Below, piece after piece: positions 58,026-64,000 of a stretch of DNA of 64,000 bases. The position numbers were made by a program, and so were the translations under genes. Below the pieces are notes generated by a model, which did no database searches, was not told where the DNA came from, and worked only from the letters and a program-made list of their open reading frames with translations. This DNA is from Epithemia pelagica (lineage: Eukaryota > Protista > Bacillariophyta): the NCBI GenBank assembly GCA_946965045.2, contig OX337228.1:5828001-5892000 (forward strand), written 5' to 3'. Within the stretch, counting starts at the first letter, position 1. Every line of letters begins with the position of its first letter.

Positions 58026-58968
58026 ATGATCATGATACGAATAACGCAGATCAACCGACTGTCGTTGCCTTCGATCGGAACAGCAATCCCCCAACAACGT
58101 TTCTTTTCGGCTGGACTTGTTTCAACAGAAGTGAATAGTAAAACGGGCGTAGCAAAACTGACGATGAACAATCCACCTGTCAACTCACTTTCGCGGGAAA
58201 TGTGAGTTTATGCCAATCGACATTGGGTTCATTATGAATTCCTGCATACTAAATAATGCCCTTTCTCTCTTCAGGCTAAGATCTCTCTCGAAATCGATTA
58301 AGGAGGTTGAAGCAGACCCACACATTAAATCCTTGGTCCTGACATCGTCAAACCCTTCTATATTCTCTGCCGGTCTTGATTTAGCTGAGTTACACAACCC
58401 ACCTAGAAGCAACTTGTCTGAGTTTTGGACTTGTTTTCAGCAGCTTTTTCTTGACCTCTATGGTAGCCGACTTGGTTGCGTCGCTGCTCTAGAAGGAACT
58501 GCTCCTGCAGCTGGTTGTATGTTGGCCATGTGTTGCGACTTTCGCGTCATTTCCCCAGACGCCAAGTCCAAAATAGGTTTAAATGAGACTCGTCTCGGAA
58601 TTGTCGCCCCTCCATGGCTCAGCCAATTACTCGTGGATACTGTGGGTCATCGGCATGCAGAGCTGGCCCTTTCTCTGGGTTCCTTATTTTCGCCACAACA
58701 AGCCCTTGCCATTGGGTTGGTCGACGAAGTCACCAATGATAAAACTCAAGTGTCGGAACGAGCTATGCAGGCGGCTCTTAACTTCGCAACGATTGCACCT
58801 CATGCATTGAAAGAGAGCAAGCTTCAAATGAGGGGGAAAGCTATCCAGAAAATGGAGAGGGAACGAGAGGAGGATCTCTCCTACGCAGTCGACTTAATGT
58901 TGCGAGAGAATGTCCAGGACCACATCGCCACCTACATACAACAGCTTCAGAAGAGAACAGGGAAGTAA
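58026..58968 (+). CDS. ECI1: Mitochondrial enoyl-CoA delta isomerase 1 (crotonase family), 2 exons
   Basis: Presequence, MNNPPVNSL, FSAGLDL, PAAGCMLAMCCDFR, IGLNETRLGIVAP; intron at 58202-58274. Confidence 0.88.
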
Positions 58969-59218
58969 TATTTCATTAATGAGTATGTCATTATTTAGCT
59001 TTGTTCCATACAGGGATATCTGGTCTTAGCCTTTCTTATGTCTTGGTGTTGTTTGTCGGTTTCTCGTCTACATAGTGTGTGGCATATGCTGCAAAAGCCG
59101 TATATTTAGTGATGATTTTCACGAAGATGGGTTGACGGTCTCGGGGCGCGATATTAGTGGCCAAGGCATTGTGTATCGAGTTCTTGGCTCGTCAGGTTGG
59201 TCGTCGTAGACTATTGAC

Positions 59219-60061
59219 CTATTTCTTTTCGACATACCGGTCACGAAGGGAAGGGATAGGCTTCCTTTTCACACCACGGCTCTCCATTTGCTCTTTGAAC
59301 TGACGGACGTTGCAGATTCCTGGGAAAAAGTGAGGCTGCCCACGGCCGTAGCTGTCAAAGGCAGCAAACCAACGGCTCCATTTCCATTCTGGCGTCTCGG
59401 TTTCCTTGAAGTAGCAAATAACTGGAAATACTTCACTAGGAAAGAATCCCCAGTTTGTAATTGAATCATATTTCCATCGATTACGTGTTCCAGAAACGTA
59501 GTTCGCTGGCTTCGATTCCAAGTGAGCACCCCTCTCGAGATCGAGATGTGGTCCTTTGATGTTATAGAACTCAAAGGCATCCTTCTCAAAGACGCAACGA
59601 ACTCTGCGAGTCTGCACCCACAGGAGACCGGCAAACAGAAGATGAAACAAGCCCCCACACAATCCAATCATGGAAGGAGAACCGTCGGTGGCATAAGCTG
59701 CAAGGTGCAAATGAGTCCACCATATGAGAACGAATGGCAACACAGGGAGGATTCAATCACTGGAAATAGACTTACAGGGATGGTACCAAATAATAAGAGG
59801 ACACAGAAGAGCCGTTGATGCTGCCAACAGGTAGTCGGGGTCGATCATAACATCGTCCATCATCTGTCGCTGAATCCAGCCAACCTTTTTTGCGGCGACG
59901 GGGGTGGTGGACATGGGTTCGTACGCGGGTTTGTCGCTCCATCCATCCAAGGGACCTTCCGGAAATGCCGCACTTATCGACGTCGTGACCCTACCATGAA
60001 GGGTTGAGGGGGGAAATCCCTCTGCCAGGGTAGCGAGGGCAACAAGGAACGTCAGCTTCAT
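59219..60061 (-). CDS. DUF3119-family plastid membrane protein, intron-containing
   Basis: Leader ending AEG-F; LLWVQTRRVRCVFEKDAFE; NRWKYDSITNW..FP..FPVICYFKET. Confidence 0.7.
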
Positions 60062-60396
60062 GGTGATGGGCCCGTTGATGAATGATCGTATTTATGATTG
60101 TTGTGTCTTCGATGTGTTCACTGTTCACTCCTTCAATACACACCAACCGCCCTTTAGCGAACACTTCTTCAAAAGTTGCAGATGGGCTTCACCATATGTG
60201 GACAGAAATTGGCCAATGGTCGATCTGCCATTCTGTTCTCCATGACGATTATCATGTCCTCCTTCTGTCTTTGATCTTTGAGTTGGAATTGGGTTTCCTG
60301 CGACTCACATGCGATATCCTCAGTCTACTGGGTCCACATACGCATTTCCTCTAGACGCATATCCGTATCTTCTTTCTCGCCATCAAAAAGTCTCTC

Positions 60397-60873
60397 ATGA
60401 TGACGGTCGTCCGTAATGTGTTGGCGGTGCTGTTTGCACACGCGATAGCATGCAAGGCTTTCTTTGTGACGCGCCACAATGACGGAAGACATTTATCCGT
60501 TCTAAGGGAAAGATCTGATATGGACGATTCCTTGGCCGAAGTTCCGATGCGTCGACTCGCTATAGCTTCTGTCTTGTTGGCACCATTTGCTTTCACTGCA
60601 AGCCCTGTAAAAGCCGAAGACCAGAAAACTATCTACATGACTGGGAAACCCCCAAAGGTTCCAGGGCAGAAACCAAAAGACAAAAACGATACTTCAGGGA
60701 CACGGAAAGACCCAAATTTTCTCCGTTCGATTGCCGACTGTAAATCTCAATGTGAGAACCGGGCAGGCCCGGATGGCTTTGCAAAGTCAAAAGAAGACTG
60801 CTTATCGGAATGCCAGGACATATGCTGTTCAACATACGAACAATGTACTTTTGCTATTGTGCCACGAATTTGA
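60397..60873 (+). CDS. Small plastid-targeted Cys-rich hypothetical protein
   Basis: Signal ending CKA-FF; RRLAIASVLLAPFAFTASPVKA resembles a Tat lumen signal; C-terminal DCKSQC...CLSECQDICCSTYEQC. Confidence 0.65.
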   Translation: MMTVVRNVLAVLFAHAIACKAFFVTRHNDGRHLSVLRERSDMDDSLAEVPMRRLAIASVLLAPFAFTASPVKAEDQKTIYMTGKPPKVPGQKPKDKNDTSGTRKDPNFLRSIADCKSQCENRAGPDGFAKSKEDCLSECQDICCSTYEQCTFAIVPRI

Positions 60874-61005
60874 TGCCAACTAGATTCGTCTCTTTGTAGT
60901 GTTTTCTATAAGTTGAGCAGAATCACTAAGGGCTAGATGAACAAAGCCATTTTGAATCTGTCATATATCTGTATCGGGATCTATTGTCGTTCACAAGAGA
61001 ATGGT

Positions 61006-63117
61006 TCAGATAGTAATTTCCCGTTTCTCCACAAGTGGAACGTACTCCGGATAGTACATCTTCCTAGAGACAAAACTGCTCAAGTCCTCCATATCTTTCT
61101 GCTTGATTTTTGTTGCCAGTCCATCTCGTAGTGCTTCCTCAACTACAGCAACTGCAATCTTATGTGAAACGTCTCGAATGTCGGTCAGAGGAGGGAACAC
61201 TTTACCCCGTTCAATGTCGTCGTCCGACACACATTGTGCCAATGTCTCTGCTGCAATGTACAACATTCGATCTGTGATCTTCTCTGCTCCACAAACCGTG
61301 GCTCCCAATCCTAATCCTGGAAAAACATACATGTTGTTGCATTGTGAAGGATAGAATGTTCTGCCATCCCGAAGTTCCACGGCATCGAACGGAGAACCAG
61401 ACGCAAAGACGCATCGACCATCTGTCCATTCATACGCTTGTTCTGCAGTACACTCTGCCTTTGTCGTGGGGTTGGACAAGGGAAAAATGATGGGCCTCTC
61501 GCATCGAGCTGCCATCTCTCGAACAATATCTTCCGTGAACAAACCTCCAACAGCTGTGACACCGACCAGTATTGTCGGTTCATACTTCTGAATAACATCC
61601 AAGAGAGACATACCACCGTCGTCTTTTCTAGCATACGCACGTTGTTCGCTGTTCAACGAGTCCATCCTTGCTCCTCCAAGAAGCCTATTACAAAGACAAC
61701 CAAGTTAGTGGTTGAGCATTCCCCACGTGCATCAGTGCAAAAGTTTTCGTTCGTACCCATCTTGATCAACAATAAAGAACGCATTCTTTGCTTCCTCCAT
61801 AGAGTGGCCCTGTTCAACCATTGCCCTATGAAGCACTTGGGCAATTCCAATCCCAGCAGATCCAGCGCCAACAATAAGAATTCGTTGGCTTCCTAGAGAC
61901 TTGACACCTTGGCCAATCGAACGCAAAGCACTCAATACGCCAGCCAAAGCAGTGGCCCCCGTCCCTTGAATATCGTCATTGAAACAGAGGTGATTTTCTC
62001 TGTATTTGTTTAGTAGTGTTTGAGCCACATTGCTCGAGAAATCCTCAAACTGAACAAGCACCCTTGGCCAACGAAATCGAACGGCCTCCATAAATTCGTC
62101 GACCAAATGAAAGTAAGCATTTCCTTTCAATCTTTTGTTTGGAACGCCGAGATAAAATTTGTCATTAAGGAGAGTTTCGTTGTCTGTTCCGACGTCGAGG
62201 AGAACTGGCAAGACACGATGGGGCGCAATCCCTCCAGCTGCGCAATACAGACTAAGTTTACCAATGGGAATACCCATCCCACTGGCACCTAAATCTCCTA
62301 ATCCCAAAATTCGGCTGAAGAAAATACACCATACAGAGTAGCGTTGAGAGAAGGTCTGGAATTTCTGAATCAAGTGATTCTGTTGGATCGTACCTTCCGT
62401 CTGTTACAACAATCACATGGACATCCTTATGTGGCCAATTATACACCATCGCTGCCATGTTACCACGATCTTCTTCAGTGAAATACATCCCTCTGGGTCG
62501 TCTATACTGCTTTCCAAACTCCAAACATGCCTGTCCCACTGTAGGGGTGTAAATCAACGGCGCCATTTCTTCAATGTGATCGACTAATACACGGTGATAC
62601 AAAGTTTCGTTGCGATCATGGAGATCCTCCAGCATGATATTCTTTCGGATTTGACTTTCTTCTTGTCGTAGAGCGCCGAGAAACTTTTCTTTTTGCATAT
62701 GGATGTTCATTACTTTGGCTGGCAAAAGTCCACGAAATCGCAGTCGATCTCGTTCTCCAGATTTGAAGGCTGTGCCTTTGTTGAAGAGAGGATCGGTCAG
62801 AATGTCCCGACCGCGAACCGAGATCTGAATAGGATGCATGAAACTACTCGTATGTAATGAGGACATATTGACATGGAACGTTTGTTTCCTTGGGGCAACA
62901 TCTCTTACCTTCGCTTACAACCCGCCCATTCTCCAGAGTCTGGGATTCTTTCCTCTGCGATCGGATCTCCGTGGTCATCAGTGTCGCCATCGTCAGTGGT
63001 CGATCGACTGCCTGCACTCAACTGTCTCTGAAGTCTTGTCGCATGGAAGAGCGGTCCCCGAAGCCTTCCCTCTCTTGTAGCACCAGGTATTCGAGAAAGG
63101 AGGACGGTCCTGAACAT
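61006..63117 (-). CDS. NAD(P)-dependent malic enzyme, mitochondrial-type presequence, multi-exon
   Basis: DPLFNKGTAF, MAPLIYTPTVG, IVVTDG, ILGLGDLG..GMGIPIGKL, FNDDIQGT, GAGSAG, IFPLSNPT, QCNNMYVFPG. Confidence 0.93.
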
Positions 63118-63286
63118 GTTCCTTTTTCGTCAACGGGATATTAATTATGCTTTTTGCGAGTTGTCTCACAACATATCGAGCAAAAGATTCTGTCCACACC
63201 TCCGCCGTATCTTTTGGTCGCAGAAAAAGTACGTGCACGACTGAAACTTTCGCGCTCATCTTGATGTCTTCTATCTTCTCCAACCA

Positions 63287-64000
63287 ATGACGATGTGGAC
63301 AGAAACAAGTTTTGCGTCCGAAGCCAAAGCCCTCATCGGTGACAATGCACGAAGAATCGACTCTTCTTCTCTTTATGATGATGATGATTTTCTTTCAGAT
63401 TGGGAGCTCAATGAAAAGGAGGGGTTGTCTGAATTGACAACCTCGTTCATTCGGGTGGACCGAAGCTGCTCGGATGGGAACAGCGATTCGCCCGATCATG
63501 ACGGTAACATTCTCCAGGACGATCATGTTGTTGTGATACCCCAACGAAACGATTCGGATGAAATGGAGCTCTGCTGGCGGCTAAGCATTGTCTATCGAGA
63601 TACATGGCAGTGTCCAGTTCTTTATTTCCGTGTCGAACACTTGTACGGATCACTAGTACTGTCTCATGAGTCCGTTATCGAGATGCTCCGTCGCCACCAT
63701 CATCAGAATCACGTTGAAGATCCATGGGAGTTTGTTTCTCTCGATGAACATCCTATTCACAACACACCCTTCTTCTTTCTTCATCCATGCCAAACCGAGG
63801 CCCGACTAAGGCTACTGACTACGAATAGACAAAAAGAAACCAATCCACCAGGTGCTCTACTGCTAAGTTGGATGTCCATGATACTCCCATCTATAGGAAT
63901 GTCAATAAATGCACGAACGTTTGCGTCGATTCGACTGAGGCTCTTTGACCGCAATGGTGTTAGCTCAGATGCGTTGGTCCTTTCACAGTCCGAGGAAAGT
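63287..64000 (+). CDS. ATG10: Autophagy E2-like enzyme ATG10 (partial, runs off the right edge)
   Basis: Manual translation from ATG 63287 is open to 64000: IVYRDTWQCPVLYF and EHPIHNTPFFFLHPCQT (catalytic HPC). Absent from the ORF track because no stop is reached. Confidence 0.85.
   Translation, partial: MTMWTETSFASEAKALIGDNARRIDSSSLYDDDDFLSDWELNEKEGLSELTTSFIRVDRSCSDGNSDSPDHDGNILQDDHVVVIPQRNDSDEMELCWRLSIVYRDTWQCPVLYFRVEHLYGSLVLSHESVIEMLRRHHHQNHVEDPWEFVSLDEHPIHNTPFFFLHPCQTEARLRLLTTNRQKETNPPGALLLSWMSMILPSIGMSINARTFASIRLRLFDRNGVSSDALVLSQSEES

Noticed and set aside
600-62341. Many 60-190 aa antisense or alternate-frame ORFs overlapping called genes
   Set aside because: They are shadows of well-supported CDSs and carry no recognisable motifs.
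1-64000. tRNA, rRNA or LTR retroelement
   Set aside because: No cloverleaf with a T-loop, rRNA-like tract, gag/pol motifs or long terminal direct repeats seen by eye; tRNAscan/Infernal were not run.

Overview
Gene-dense, intron-containing eukaryotic nuclear DNA, most likely a diatom. The evidence is short GT-AG introns, several bipartite signal+(A/G)-F plastid presequences, and diatom-type gene families. About 30 mostly housekeeping genes are present: PWP1, TMEM234, QCR2-like, GT31, sulfotransferase, ArsS-like radical SAM, F-box, Tim17-like, RPC1, SAC3/GANP, RNase II, RAD9, PFD3, CoaD, La, nicastrin, ROK1/DDX52, TsaE, ECI1, DUF3119, malic enzyme and ATG10. Three DNA transposons are inserted between genes, each delimited from the sequence itself. 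(1) A 6.1-kb element (28198-34328) with CAC...GTG terminal inverted repeats, a 3-bp CGT target duplication, a Chapaev/CMC-type transposase with a RAG1/Transib-like catalytic layout, and two unrecognised passenger ORFs. (2) A 2.9-kb two-ORF PIF/Harbinger-ISL2EU-like element (18190-21122) flanked by TA, whose transposase appears to lack part of the DDE core while staying in frame. (3) A ~0.78-kb non-coding element (3527-4304) with nested inverted and direct terminal modules. Also notable are a 15-nt microexon that builds the Pol III catalytic NADFDGD motif, two GC-AG introns, and a 100-aa two-exon gene resembling the KEOPS subunit Gon7. All family assignments come from motif recognition by eye; no database search was run.
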